DNA of 64,000 nt from Clostridia bacterium (lineage in GTDB: Bacteria; Bacillota; Clostridia; Oscillospirales; Acutalibacteraceae), in contig JAFZNN010000236.1 of the NCBI GenBank assembly GCA_017550895.1, positions 1,232 to 65,231 on the forward strand, written 5' to 3'. The notes below the pieces were generated by a model. It ran no database searches, was not told the DNA's origin, and saw nothing but the letters and a program-made list of their open reading frames with translations. The position numbers were made by a program, and so were the translations under genes. Of the stretch, positions 48,005 through 57,889 are shown in pieces (the stretch's first letter is position 1; each line of letters starts with the position of its first letter).

Positions 48005-49369
48005 TTGTCCACCACCATCGCCGCAATTGCCACCCCGCAAGCGCCGGGCGGCATCGGCATTATCCGCATTTCCGGCAACGACGCGCTGCCCGTGGCCGCC
48101 CGCGTTTTTCGCGCGGCCGGCAGCCGCGATCTGACGGGAAGCCCCGGCTACCGCGCCTATTTCGGCGCGGTTTATTCTGATCATGAAAAAATCGACGAGG
48201 CCATCTGCCTCGTTTTTCGTGCGCCTAAAAGCTACACCGGCGAGGATGTGGCCGAGCTGCACTGCCACGGCGGCCTGTTCCTGACGCAGCAGACGCTGCG
48301 CGCCGTGCTCGCCGCCGGCGCCGTCCCCGCAGAACCGGGGGAATTCACCAAACGCGCGTTCCTGAACGGCAAACGGGATCTGGCAGCCGCCGAAAGCGTC
48401 ATGGCGCTCATCGGCGCCGCCGGGCAGCAGGCGGCCGCCGCCGCGCTGCAAACGCTGGACGGCACGCTCAGCAAGGAGATCCGCGCCTGCGCGGATCGCA
48501 TCCTTTCGGTCACCGCCGCACTGGCGGCCTGGGTCGATTATCCGGATGAGGATCTGCCGCAGACCGATACGGCCTCAATTCTTTCCGTTTTCCGCGCCGT
48601 GCGCGCGGACCTGCAGGCGCTGCTGCGCCGCTATGACTGCGGCAAGGTGCTCACCGCCGGCGTGGATACCGCCATCGTCGGGCGGCCGAACGTCGGCAAA
48701 TCGACGCTGATGAATCTGCTCAGCGGTTTCGACCGCTCCATCGTCACCGCGGTCGCCGGCACCACCCGCGACGTGGTGGAAGAAACCGTCCGCCTGGGCG
48801 ACCTGCTCCTGCGCGTGGCGGATACCGCCGGCATCCGGGATACCGCGGACGCCATCGAGCATCTCGGCGTGGACCGCGCGAAACGTCGGCTGGCCGGCGC
48901 TGCGCTCGCGCTCGCGGTCTTTGATGGAAGCGCGCCGCTGACTGCGGACGACCGCGCCGTGATCGCCGCCTGTGCGGAAAAACCCGCCGTTGCCGTGCTG
49001 AACAAAGCGGACCTCCCCCCTGCCGCCGACTGCGCCGAACTGGAAGCCGCGTTCGACCGCGTGGTGACGCTCTCGGCCGCCACCGGCGAAGGGCTGGAAA
49101 CGCTGGAAAAAGCGATCGCCGACCTGCTCGGCGCGGATGCGTTCGACCCCGCCGCGGCCTGCCTGGTCAACGAGCGCCAGCGGCAATGCTGCCAGCGCGC
49201 GGCGGACCATCTGTCAGAGGCGATCTCCGCGCTGGAAACCGGCGTCACGCTCGACGCCGTCACGGTGTGCGCCGACTGCGCCGTGGATGCGCTGCTGGAG
49301 CTGACCGGCGAGCGTGCAACGTCCGCCACCGTGGACGCGGTCTTCAAAAACTTCTGCGTCGGAAAATAG
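48005..49369 (+). CDS. mnmE: tRNA modification GTPase
   Basis: TIAAIAT, SYTGED, GRPNVGKS, GTTRD, DTAG and terminal FCVGK; TTG start. Confidence 0.97.
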   Translation: MSTTIAAIATPQAPGGIGIIRISGNDALPVAARVFRAAGSRDLTGSPGYRAYFGAVYSDHEKIDEAICLVFRAPKSYTGEDVAELHCHGGLFLTQQTLRAVLAAGAVPAEPGEFTKRAFLNGKRDLAAAESVMALIGAAGQQAAAAALQTLDGTLSKEIRACADRILSVTAALAAWVDYPDEDLPQTDTASILSVFRAVRADLQALLRRYDCGKVLTAGVDTAIVGRPNVGKSTLMNLLSGFDRSIVTAVAGTTRDVVEETVRLGDLLLRVADTAGIRDTADAIEHLGVDRAKRRLAGAALALAVFDGSAPLTADDRAVIAACAEKPAVAVLNKADLPPAADCAELEAAFDRVVTLSAATGEGLETLEKAIADLLGADAFDPAAACLVNERQRQCCQRAADHLSEAISALETGVTLDAVTVCADCAVDALLELTGERATSATVDAVFKNFCVGK

Positions 49370-49401
49370 ATGTTAGATTCCAGATATTAGATTTTAGATG
49401 T
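49367..49401. repeat. 5x heptamer tandem repeat (T/C)AGATN(T/C)
   Basis: tagatgt tagattc cagatat tagattt tagatgt, beginning at the mnmE stop codon. Confidence 0.8.
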
Positions 49402-49474
49402 GCGGCGCCGCTGGTGTGCTGCGGTTTTCGATTTTTGTATTTTTTGCAATTATTTTCTTGTTGGGAATATTCAT

Positions 49475-51352
49475 ATGAACTATCTCGCTGAATCCTATGA
49501 TATCGCCGTCATCGGCGCGGGGCACGCCGGCATTGAAGCCGGGCTGGCCGCCGCCCGGCTCGGCTGCAAAACCGCCCTGTTCACGATCAATCTGGACTGG
49601 GTGGGCAATATGCCCTGCAATCCGTCGATCGGCGGCTCCTCCAAGGGCCACCTTGTGCGTGAAATCGACGCGCTCGGCGGCGAAATGGGCATTGCCGCGG
49701 ACCGCAACACCCTGCAGAGCCGGATGCTGAATCTCGGCAAGGGCCCGGCCGTCCATTCCCTGCGCGCGCAGATCGACCGCCGCGCCTACTCCGAAACGAT
49801 GAAGCACGCGGTGGAGCGTCAGCCGAACCTGTTTCTGCAGCAGGCGGAGATCGTTGATCTGACCCGCGATGGCACGGACTGGCTGCTGACCACCCGGCTG
49901 GAGGCGGTGCACCGCGCCAAGGCCGTCATCCTCGCCACGGGCACCTTTCTGGGCGGGCGCGTCTATATCGGCGACGTTTCTTATGAAAGCGGCCCGGACG
50001 GCATGTTTCCCGCCGCCGCGCTGGCCGATGCGCTCAAACGGCTCAGTCTGCCGATCCGGCGGTTCAAAACCGGCACGCCGCCGCGCGTCAACCGCAGAAG
50101 TGTCAATTTTTCCCAGTTAGAACCGCAGTACGGCGACGACCACATCGTTCCGTTCGCGTTTGACGCCGGCATCCCGGTCGAAAACAAGGAACCTTGCTAC
50201 ATCACCTACACCGGCGCGGAAACAAAACGCATCATTTCGGAGAATCTGCACCGCTCTCCCCTCTTTTCCGGCAAGATCGACGGCGTCGGGCCGCGCTATT
50301 GCCCGAGCATTGAGGATAAAATCGTCCGTTTCTCCGAAAAAGAGCGGCATCAAATCTTTATCGAGCCCTGCGGCGCGCACACGGATGAAATGTATCTGCA
50401 GGGTCTGTCCTCCTCCCTGCCGGAAGACGTGCAGCTGCAGATCGTGCACAGCATCCCCGGCCTGGAGCAGGCGGAATTCCTGCGCACGGCCTACGCCATC
50501 GAATATGACTGCATCGATCCCCGTGCGCTGCGGCAGACGCTGGAATTCAAGGATCACCCCGGCCTGTACGGCGCCGGGCAGTTCAACGGCTCGAGCGGCT
50601 ACGAGGAGGCCGCCGCCCAGGGGCTGATCGCCGGCGTCAACGCCGCCTGCAAGCTGCTGGACCGGCCGCCGGTCATTCTGGACCGCACCACCTCCTACAT
50701 CGGCACGCTGATCGACGATCTGGTCACAAAGGGCTGCACGGATCCCTACCGCATGATGACCTCCCGCTCGGAATACCGTCTGGTGCTGCGGCAGGACAAC
50801 GCCGACCGCCGCCTGACGCCGATCGGCTATGCGGCAGGCCTGATCTCCGAGGATCGCTGGCAGCGGTTTCAGACCAAGCTTGCGCAGATCGCGCAGGAAC
50901 GTGCGCGCGTGGAGGCGCTTTCCATCCCGAAAACCGACGCGCTGGACGCGATGCTTGTTTCACGTGAAACATCCCCGCTGGAAAAGGGCGTCAAAATGAT
51001 CGAACTTCTGCGCCGTCCGCAGGTGGATTATGCCGCGCTCGCGCCGTTTGATCCGGACCGTCCTCCCCTGCCCCCCGAGATTTTTGAGCAGGTTGAGATC
51101 GATATCAAATATGAAGGCTATATCCGGCGGCAGGAGCAGCAGATCAAAGAGCTGCGCCGCCTGGAGGTCCGGCGGCTGCCCGCCGACCTCGATTACAGCG
51201 CCATCACCGGCCTGCGGCTGGAAGCGATCGAAAAACTCGGCAAGGTGCGCCCGGAAACCGTCGGTCAGGCCTCTCGCATTTCCGGCGTCTCCCCCGCCGA
51301 CATTTCCGTTTTGTTGATTTATCTGAGCAACCAAGGAGCCGCCCATGATTGA
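49475..51352 (+). CDS. mnmG: tRNA uridine 5-carboxymethylaminomethyl modification enzyme
   Basis: [43 protein letters not shown]. Confidence 0.97.
   Translation: MNYLAESYDIAVIGAGHAGIEAGLAAARLGCKTALFTINLDWVGNMPCNPSIGGSSKGHLVREIDALGGEMGIAADRNTLQSRMLNLGKGPAVHSLRAQIDRRAYSETMKHAVERQPNLFLQQAEIVDLTRDGTDWLLTTRLEAVHRAKAVILATGTFLGGRVYIGDVSYESGPDGMFPAAALADALKRLSLPIRRFKTGTPPRVNRRSVNFSQLEPQYGDDHIVPFAFDAGIPVENKEPCYITYTGAETKRIISENLHRSPLFSGKIDGVGPRYCPSIEDKIVRFSEKERHQIFIEPCGAHTDEMYLQGLSSSLPEDVQLQIVHSIPGLEQAEFLRTAYAIEYDCIDPRALRQTLEFKDHPGLYGAGQFNGSSGYEEAAAQGLIAGVNAACKLLDRPPVILDRTTSYIGTLIDDLVTKGCTDPYRMMTSRSEYRLVLRQDNADRRLTPIGYAAGLISEDRWQRFQTKLAQIAQERARVEALSIPKTDALDAMLVSRETSPLEKGVKMIELLRRPQVDYAALAPFDPDRPPLPPEIFEQVEIDIKYEGYIRRQEQQIKELRRLEVRRLPADLDYSAITGLRLEAIEKLGKVRPETVGQASRISGVSPADISVLLIYLSNQGAAHD
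50956..50971. promoter_or_regulatory. parS site (inside mnmG)
   Basis: Perfect palindrome TGTTTCACGTGAAACA. Confidence 0.92.
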
Positions 51353-52055
51353 TAAAACCCAATTGCAAACCGAAGCAGCCGCGCTCGGCCTGCAGCTGAG
51401 CGACGCGCAGCTGGCGCAGTTTGACCGGCTGGCGCAGGCGCTGGTCGCGCAGAACCGCGTGATGAACCTGACCGCCATTACCGAGCCGTCGGAAATCGTC
51501 ACTCGGCATTTTGCGGATTCCCTGACCGTCGCGGCCGCCGTGCCGCTGCAGGAAGCCGCCGTTGTGCTCGATCTCGGCACCGGCGCGGGCTTCCCCGGTC
51601 TGCCGCTGATGATCCTGCGCCCGGATCTGCAGATGACGCTGCTGGACAGCACGGCAAAAAAGCTGGCCTTTGTTGCCGATACAGCGGACGCCCTCGGTCT
51701 GCACGTGCAAACCCTGCATCAACGCGCGGAGATCGCCGGGCAGGATCCCGCGTTTCGCGCGCGCTATGATCTTGTCTGTTCCCGCGCCGTCGCGCCGCTG
51801 CCCGTGCTCAGCGAATACGCGCTCCCGCTGCTGCGCATCGGCGGCCGGCTGGTCGCAATGAAGAGCCTGCGCGCGGCCGAAGAACTGGCGCAGGCCAAGG
51901 ACGCGATCCGGCTGCTCGGCGGCGCCGTTGCGGGCGTCAGCTCGTTCACACTGGCCGACGGCAGCAGCCGCGTGCTGATTCTGATTGAAAAGAAATCGCA
52001 AACGCCGGCAAAATATCCCCGTTCCGGCACACAAATCGCCAAAAAGCCCCTTTAG
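51345..52055 (+). CDS. rsmG: 16S rRNA m7G527 methyltransferase
   Basis: [28 protein letters not shown]. Confidence 0.96.
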   Translation: MIDKTQLQTEAAALGLQLSDAQLAQFDRLAQALVAQNRVMNLTAITEPSEIVTRHFADSLTVAAAVPLQEAAVVLDLGTGAGFPGLPLMILRPDLQMTLLDSTAKKLAFVADTADALGLHVQTLHQRAEIAGQDPAFRARYDLVCSRAVAPLPVLSEYALPLLRIGGRLVAMKSLRAAEELAQAKDAIRLLGGAVAGVSSFTLADGSSRVLILIEKKSQTPAKYPRSGTQIAKKPL

Positions 52056-52183
52056 TTTTATAAGAAACGGCAGATTTCCGTCGAATCCGCCCGACCGAAA
52101 CAGGTGGACAAACTCCCGCTGCGGTGCTATGATAAAGGCAGTCAAACGGATTGCCGCATTCGCATCCGCACGGGGGTGTTTTT

Positions 52184-53023
52184 TTGAAAACCGCCAAATA
52201 CAAGGTCGGCGGGCAGATTCTTCTTCTCCCGCAGGAAGAAATCTATCCGAATCCGCATCAGCCGCGTCAGCGCTTTGATTTCGACGCGCTCGAGGGTCTG
52301 GCGCAGAGCATTCGTCAAAACGGCATCCTGCAGCCGATCGCCGTTCGCATGAACGAAAACGGCGCCTATGAACTGATCACGGGCGAACGCCGCCTGCGCG
52401 CAGCCCGGCTGGTCGGGGTCAAACAGATCCCGTGCATCGTCATGGAAGCGTCGGACGAAAAATCCGCGCTGTTTGCGCTGATTGAGAATATGCAGCGTTG
52501 CGACCTCGGCTTTTTTGAGGAAGCCGCCGCGATTCAGCGGCTGATCACCGATCACGGCATGAGCCGGGACGACGTCTGCCGCAAGCTCGGCAAAGCGCCG
52601 CCGACGATTTCCAACAAACTGCGGCTGCTGCGCCTGCCGGAGGATCTGCGGCTGAAAATCACGCAGGAGAACCTGACCGAGCGCCACGCCCGCGCGCTGC
52701 TGCGCCTGACCTCCTTCAGCCAGATGGAGCGCGCGCTGGCCATCATCGCGGAGAAACGGCTGAATGTGCAGGAAACCGAGCGTCTGATCTCGCAGATGCT
52801 GCAGAATGACGCGCGCCCGCGCACGCCGCCGATGTAGCTCTTCAAGGATGTGCGCATCTTTGTCAACACGCTCAACCACGCTGTGGATACCATGCGCCGC
52901 GCCGGCATCGCCGCGGATTCGGCAAAAAGCGAAACCGAGGAATATATCGAATATATCGTCCGCATCCCGAAAAGCCGGGGCTGCGTCATCAAGGCCGCAA
53001 AGGCGCCGGCCAAGGGCGCCTGA
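52184..53023 (+). pseudogene. noc: ParB-family nucleoid occlusion protein interrupted by an in-frame TAG (52835-52837)
   Basis: PNPHQPR and GERRLRAA motifs; the conserved tail LFKDVRIFVNTLNHAVDTMRRAGI..EYIVRIPK continues in frame after the TAG to TGA at 53021-53023. Confidence 0.8.
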
Positions 53024-53035
53024 CCGCATTCGACC

Positions 53036-53051
53036 TGTTTCACGTGAAACA
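53036..53051. promoter_or_regulatory. parS site
   Basis: Perfect palindrome TGTTTCACGTGAAACA between noc and parA. Confidence 0.93.
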
Positions 53052-53259
53052 CAGGGCAGGGGACTGCCCGCTGAAGCAACCCACTCCGACGGCGGCAAGG
53101 GGCAACCCCGGCTGCCGACCATATCTTTCTCTTTCACACCCACATCCGCGGAAAGGGCAGGCAAATCGCCTGTCCTTTTCGCGTTTTTTGATTTTTCTCT
53201 TCCAATTTGCGCAAAATTGTGCTATACTGAGGGAGAAATCCCGCACAGGAGGCGCCAAA

Positions 53260-54036
53260 ATGGGTAAAACCGTTGCGATCGTCAATCAAAAAGGCGGCGT
53301 CAGCAAAACGACAACCGCCGTCAACCTGACCGCCGCGCTCGGCGCGAAGGGCAAAAAAGTGCTGCTGGTCGATATCGACCCGCAGGGCAATTCCACCAGC
53401 GGCTTCGGGGTCAATAAACGCGACCTGCCGCGCACGAGCTACGATGTGCTGCTCGGCGGCTGCGGGGCAGGGGAGGCCATCCTCGACACGGACTGTGAAA
53501 ACGTCCGGCTGCTGCCCTCGAGCATGAATCTGGCCGGCGCGGAACTGGAGCTCATTGAGCTGCCGCATCGCGAATCGCGTCTGAAGCAGGCGCTGGCGCT
53601 CGTGAACGAGGAGTATGACTATATTCTGCTGGACTGTCCGCCTTCCCTCGGCCTGGTCACGCTGAACGCCCTTTGCGCGGCGGATACGCTGATGGTGCCG
53701 ATCCAGTGCGAATTCTACGCGCTGGAGGGCCTGAGCCAGCTGATCTCCACCGTGCGCACCGTCAAACGGATGTATAATCCGTATCTGGAAATCGAAGGCG
53801 TCCTGCTCACCATGTATGACGGGCGGCTGAATCTGACGCAGCAGGTCGTGGACGAGGTCAAACGCTGCTTCCCGAAGAAAGTCTACGCGACCTTCATCCC
53901 GCGCAATGTGCGCCTGTCGGAGGCGCCGAGCTACGGCCTGCCGGTGATGTATTATGATAAGCATTCCAAGGGCAGCAAGGCATATGAGAAGCTGGCGGAC
54001 GAATTTTTGAGCAAAAACGACGCGGAATCGCGTTGA
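53260..54036 (+). CDS. parA: chromosome partitioning ATPase Soj/ParA
   Basis: NQKGGVSKTTT, DIDPQGN, DCPPSLG, EFYALEG, IPRNVRLSEAPSYG. Confidence 0.95.
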   Translation: MGKTVAIVNQKGGVSKTTTAVNLTAALGAKGKKVLLVDIDPQGNSTSGFGVNKRDLPRTSYDVLLGGCGAGEAILDTDCENVRLLPSSMNLAGAELELIELPHRESRLKQALALVNEEYDYILLDCPPSLGLVTLNALCAADTLMVPIQCEFYALEGLSQLISTVRTVKRMYNPYLEIEGVLLTMYDGRLNLTQQVVDEVKRCFPKKVYATFIPRNVRLSEAPSYGLPVMYYDKHSKGSKAYEKLADEFLSKNDAESR

Positions 54037-54055
54037 GCAGAGAGGGGAGAGCATC

Positions 54056-54925
54056 GTGGCAGTGAAAAAAACCGGTCTCGGGCGCGGCATCAACGCCCTG
54101 TTTTCAGATAATTCGATCGAAGATACCGGCAGCGCGCAGCCGGTAGAATTGCCAATTATTGACATAGAACCGAACAAAAACCAGGCCCGGCGGCAGTTTG
54201 ACGAGGCCGCGCTGGCAGAGCTGGCGGATTCTATCGCGAAGCACGGCGTCCTGCAGCCTCTGCTGGTGCGTCCGATGCTCGGCGGCGGCTATCAGCTGAT
54301 CGCCGGCGAACGGCGCTGGCGCGCGAGCCGCATGGCAGGACTTGCGACCGTGCCGGTCATCATCAAAAACCTGAGCGACACGGACGCCGCGGTCATTTCA
54401 CTGATTGAAAACCTGCAGCGCGAGGACCTGGGGCCGATCGAAGAGGCCTGCGGCTATGAAACGCTGATCGAGGACTTCCATCTGACCCAGGCGGCCGCGG
54501 CCGAAGCGGTCGGCAAATCCCGCGCGGCAGTGGCAAATACCATGCGCCTGCTCAAGCTTCCGCCGTCCGTGCGCGAGCTGGTGCAGAGCGGGCAGCTTTC
54601 CGCCGGTCACGCGCGGGCGCTGCTGGCGCTCGAAGGGGAAGGGGAGATCGAAGCGGCCGCGCAGACCGTGCTGGCGCGCCGGCTCTCGGTGCGGCAGACG
54701 GAGGCCTATGTCAAGCTGCTGCGCAAGCCGAAAAAAGAAGCGCCCAAAAAAGAAGGCCGCGCCGCCTTCTTTGACGAGGTGGAGCTTTCGCTCAATCAGG
54801 CGCTCGGCCGCAAGGCGCGGGTCGTCACCCGCCGCGGCAAGGAGGACGGCGTGCTGGAATTGGCATTTTATGACAAAGACGATCTCGCCCGGATCGCGCA
54901 GGCGCTCGCCGCGCTGGAGGGCTGA
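54056..54925 (+). CDS. parB: chromosome partitioning protein Spo0J/ParB
   Basis: GLGRG, IAGERRWRAS, ENLQREDL, LSAGHARALL. Confidence 0.95.
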   Translation: MAVKKTGLGRGINALFSDNSIEDTGSAQPVELPIIDIEPNKNQARRQFDEAALAELADSIAKHGVLQPLLVRPMLGGGYQLIAGERRWRASRMAGLATVPVIIKNLSDTDAAVISLIENLQREDLGPIEEACGYETLIEDFHLTQAAAAEAVGKSRAAVANTMRLLKLPPSVRELVQSGQLSAGHARALLALEGEGEIEAAAQTVLARRLSVRQTEAYVKLLRKPKKEAPKKEGRAAFFDEVELSLNQALGRKARVVTRRGKEDGVLELAFYDKDDLARIAQALAALEG

Positions 54926-55007
54926 TTTCCGAAAACGAAAAAAGCGGAGACTTGCGTCTGCAGGTCTCCGTTGTTTTATAATACCTTTATTATACTATAC
55001 TATTATA

Positions 55008-56867
55008 TCATTTGATACGCAGCGTGCGCATGGCGTTCAGGATGGCGAGCACCGAAACGCCGACGTCCGCAAACACGGCCATCCACATGTTTGCAATCCC
55101 CAGTGCGCCGAGCAGCATCACCAGCAGCTTGACGCCGAGGGCAAACCAGATGTTTTCCCGCACGATGCGCATGGTTTTGCGCGCGATGCGCACCACGGTC
55201 GGCAGCCGGCGCAGATCATCGTCCATGATCACGATATCGGCCGCCTCGATTGCGGCGTCCGAGCCGAGGCTGCCCATGGCGAAGCCGAGATCCGCGCGCA
55301 TGAGCACCGGCGCGTCGTTGATGCCGTCGCCGACATAGCCGAGAATATCTTTCGGCCCTTTCTCCGCCAGCAGCATCTCCACCCGGCCGACCTTTTCCGC
55401 CGGCAGCAGCTCCGCGTGCACGGCGTCGAGCCCGAGCTGCGCGCCGACCGCCTGGGCCGCCGCCTGCCGGTCGCCGGAAAGCATCACGCATTGCCGCACG
55501 CCCGCTGCCCGCAGGTCCGCAATCGCCTGCGCGGCGCCGTCCTTGATCGCGTCTTCGATGACGATCGCCCCGCGATACTGCCCGTCTGCGGCAAGATACA
55601 CGACCGTGCCCGCCGTTTCAACCTGCGGCGGTGCGATCACGAGGCGCGCCATCAGCTTCGCGTTGCCCGCTGCCAGCCGCTGCCCGGCAGCCAGCGCCTC
55701 CACGCCTTCACCCGGCGTTTCCGTCCATTCGCTGACCGCTCCGGCCTGCGGCGTTTCCCCGCAGGCGGCAAGAATGCTGCGGGCGACCGGATGGTCGGAG
55801 CCGCTTTCCGCCAGCGCCGCCAGCCGCAGGAGCGTCTCTTCGTCGCCGTCCGCAGGCAGCAGCCGGGTCACGCGGAATTCGCCCTGCGTGAGCGTGCCGG
55901 TTTTGTCGAAGACCAGCGTCGTCACGCCGGCTGCGGCCTCCAGAAAATTGCCGCCCTTGACGAGCACGCCGCGCCGCGAGGCTGCGCCGATGCCGCCGAA
56001 AAAGCCGAGCGGCACGGAGATCACCAGCGCGCAGGGGCAGGAAATCACAAGAAAAATGCAGGCGCGCTGCAGCCATTCGCGCCAGTCGCCCGTCACGATC
56101 GACGGAATCACGGCGATCAGCAGGGCGCAGGCCGTCACAAACGGCGTATAAATTTTTGCAAACCGGGTAATGAACTGCTCGGTTTTTGCTTTTTTGCTGC
56201 TCGCGGTCTCCACGAGCTCCAGGATCTTGGAAACCGCGCTGTCCTCAAACGCCCTGGTCACGCGCACGGTCAGCGCGCCGCTGCCGTTGATGCAGCCGCT
56301 GACGATCGCATCGCCCGGCGACACGCGGCGGGGGACGGATTCACCCGTGAGCGCCGCCGTGTCGAGCAGGGAGGTGCCGGTCAGCACCTCGCCGTCGAGC
56401 GGCACACGTTCGCCGGCCTTGATCAGAATCACGTCGCCGACCGCAACGTCGTCCGGATCCACCTGCGTCACCGCGTCGCCCTGCACCAGATTCGCATAGG
56501 CGGGCACGATTTCCATCAGATCGGAGATCGAGCGGCGCGAACGGCCGACGGCCACGCTCTGAAACAGCTCACCGATCTGATAAAACAGCATCACCGCCAC
56601 CGCCTCGGCATATTCGCCGATGCAGAACGCGGCAATCGTCGCAATGAGCATGAGCAGGTTTTCATCAAAAACGATGCCCTGCCGGATCCGCCTTGCCGCC
56701 GCAAACAGGACGTCATAGGCGATCAGCCCGTAGGGGAGCAGGAACAGCAGCGCCTGCCGGCGCCCAAGCGGTTCCAGCCGCCCTGTTTTTTCCAGAATCA
56801 GCAGCGCCGCGAACAGCCCCGCCGTCACGAGGATGCGCGCGAGCGTCTGCTTCTGACGCTTCGTCAT
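55008..56867 (-). CDS. cadA: P1B-type Zn/Cd-translocating ATPase
   Basis: LTGES, SCPCAL, DKTGTLT, HP and GDGINDAP motifs. Confidence 0.92.
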   Translation of the reverse strand: MTKRQKQTLARILVTAGLFAALLILEKTGRLEPLGRRQALLFLLPYGLIAYDVLFAAARRIRQGIVFDENLLMLIATIAAFCIGEYAEAVAVMLFYQIGELFQSVAVGRSRRSISDLMEIVPAYANLVQGDAVTQVDPDDVAVGDVILIKAGERVPLDGEVLTGTSLLDTAALTGESVPRRVSPGDAIVSGCINGSGALTVRVTRAFEDSAVSKILELVETASSKKAKTEQFITRFAKIYTPFVTACALLIAVIPSIVTGDWREWLQRACIFLVISCPCALVISVPLGFFGGIGAASRRGVLVKGGNFLEAAAGVTTLVFDKTGTLTQGEFRVTRLLPADGDEETLLRLAALAESGSDHPVARSILAACGETPQAGAVSEWTETPGEGVEALAAGQRLAAGNAKLMARLVIAPPQVETAGTVVYLAADGQYRGAIVIEDAIKDGAAQAIADLRAAGVRQCVMLSGDRQAAAQAVGAQLGLDAVHAELLPAEKVGRVEMLLAEKGPKDILGYVGDGINDAPVLMRADLGFAMGSLGSDAAIEAADIVIMDDDLRRLPTVVRIARKTMRIVRENIWFALGVKLLVMLLGALGIANMWMAVFADVGVSVLAILNAMRTLRIK

Positions 56868-56877
56868 CGCCGCGGCC

Positions 56878-57096
56878 TCAAAGCAGAATGCGGGCGCCTT
56901 TATCGATCCGGCCGACAGCCTTCTGCGCCGCGGCAAGGATCGCCTCGAGCTGCGCCTCCTCGGCCTCGAGAATCAGTTTCTGCGTCAGGAAATTGACCGA
57001 AGCGTTCTGCACGCCGGGCAGCTTGCGGATCTGCTCCGCCATGCGCTCCGCGCAGACCGCGCAGTCCACGCCTTCCATTGCAAATTTCTTTTTCAT
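56878..57096 (-). CDS. stand-alone heavy-metal-associated (HMA) domain protein
   Basis: GVDCAVCA metal-binding loop; lies between the repressor and the ATPase. Confidence 0.88.
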   Translation of the reverse strand: MKKKFAMEGVDCAVCAERMAEQIRKLPGVQNASVNFLTQKLILEAEEAQLEAILAAAQKAVGRIDKGARILL

Positions 57097-57114
57097 TGTA
57101 TTCCGCCTCCTGTT

Positions 57115-57486
57115 TCAGTCTTCCATCACATGTTCCATGCAGGCGCTGAAGATCGTTTTCACATGCTCGTCGGCCAGGGAGTAATAAACCACACGGCCGA
57201 CCTTGCGGTATTTGACCAGATTCACCTGCTTGAGGATCCGCAGCTGATGCGACACGGCGGATTTCGTCATGCCGAGCAGCACGGAAATATCGCACACGCA
57301 CATTTCATGCGCCTTGAGGGCGAAGAGGATGCGCACCCGCGTCGAATCGCCGAAAATGCGGAAGGCCTCCGCCATATCGATCATCAGATCTTCCTCCGGC
57401 AGCTGCCCGCGCACGGCGGCAACCACGTCCTCGTGAATGCTCTCGCAATCGCAGACCGCGATCTCCGGCATAAATGACTGCTGCAT
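57115..57486 (-). CDS. cadC: ArsR/SmtB-family repressor (CadC-like)
   Basis: CDCESIH, FGDSTRVRIL, EMCVCDI, SAVSHQLRIL, DEHV. Confidence 0.9.
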   Translation of the reverse strand: MQQSFMPEIAVCDCESIHEDVVAAVRGQLPEEDLMIDMAEAFRIFGDSTRVRILFALKAHEMCVCDISVLLGMTKSAVSHQLRILKQVNLVKYRKVGRVVYYSLADEHVKTIFSACMEHVMED

Positions 57487-57512
57487 ATCTGCTCTCCTGT
57501 TCGTTGTTTATG

Positions 57513-57563
57513 GTTGAACAACTGTTCAACTGTTAGTGTACACACGCTCCCTGCTTTTGTCAA
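57513..57563 (-). promoter_or_regulatory. cad operon promoter and ArsR/SmtB-type operator
   Basis: Minus strand TTGACA-17-TACACT (57563-57535); 8-2-8 inverted repeat GTTGAACA-AC-TGTTCAAC (57513-57530). Confidence 0.85.
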
Positions 57564-57588
57564 GTGGTTTTCTCAAAATTGAATAGTT

Positions 57589-57654
57589 TTGCAGACATTT
57601 AATTAAAATTGTCTGCAACAAAGGATTGACATTCGGTTTTCTCTGCTTTATAAT
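57589..57654 (+). promoter_or_regulatory. consensus sigma70 promoter with upstream inverted repeat
   Basis: TTGACA(57626)-17-TATAAT(57649); TTGCAGACA-N12-TGTCTGCAA at 57589-57618. Confidence 0.85.
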
Positions 57655-57702
57655 ATTTGCCAGACGGGCTGAATCCCGCCAATCTAAACGGGAGGTAAGA
57701 TC

Positions 57703-57867
57703 ATGGAATTCGTCACCAACATCATTGCTCAGGTCAAGGATCTGGTTGCAGGTCTCGGCGAGTTCGATGCCGCTGGCGTTCTTGGTCAGGTGAAGGATAT
57801 GCTTGCAAACCTGAATCTGGACAGCATCAAGGCGTTCATCGAGAGCATCATCGCTATGTTTGCGTAA
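57703..57867 (+). CDS. 54-aa acidic amphipathic small protein (not in the ORF track)
   Basis: GGAGGT RBS; MEFVTNIIAQVKDLVAGLGEFDAAGVLGQVKDMLANLNLDSIKAFIESIIAMFA*; own promoter and terminator. Confidence 0.85.
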   Translation: MEFVTNIIAQVKDLVAGLGEFDAAGVLGQVKDMLANLNLDSIKAFIESIIAMFA

Positions 57868-57889
57868 TCTTGATTTTCGCATCCCACAG

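Noticed and set aside
49367-52837. Genome-wide TAG reassignment to explain the noc stop
   Set aside because: mnmE (FCVGK-TAG) and rsmG (KPL-TAG) end in TAG exactly at their conserved C-termini.
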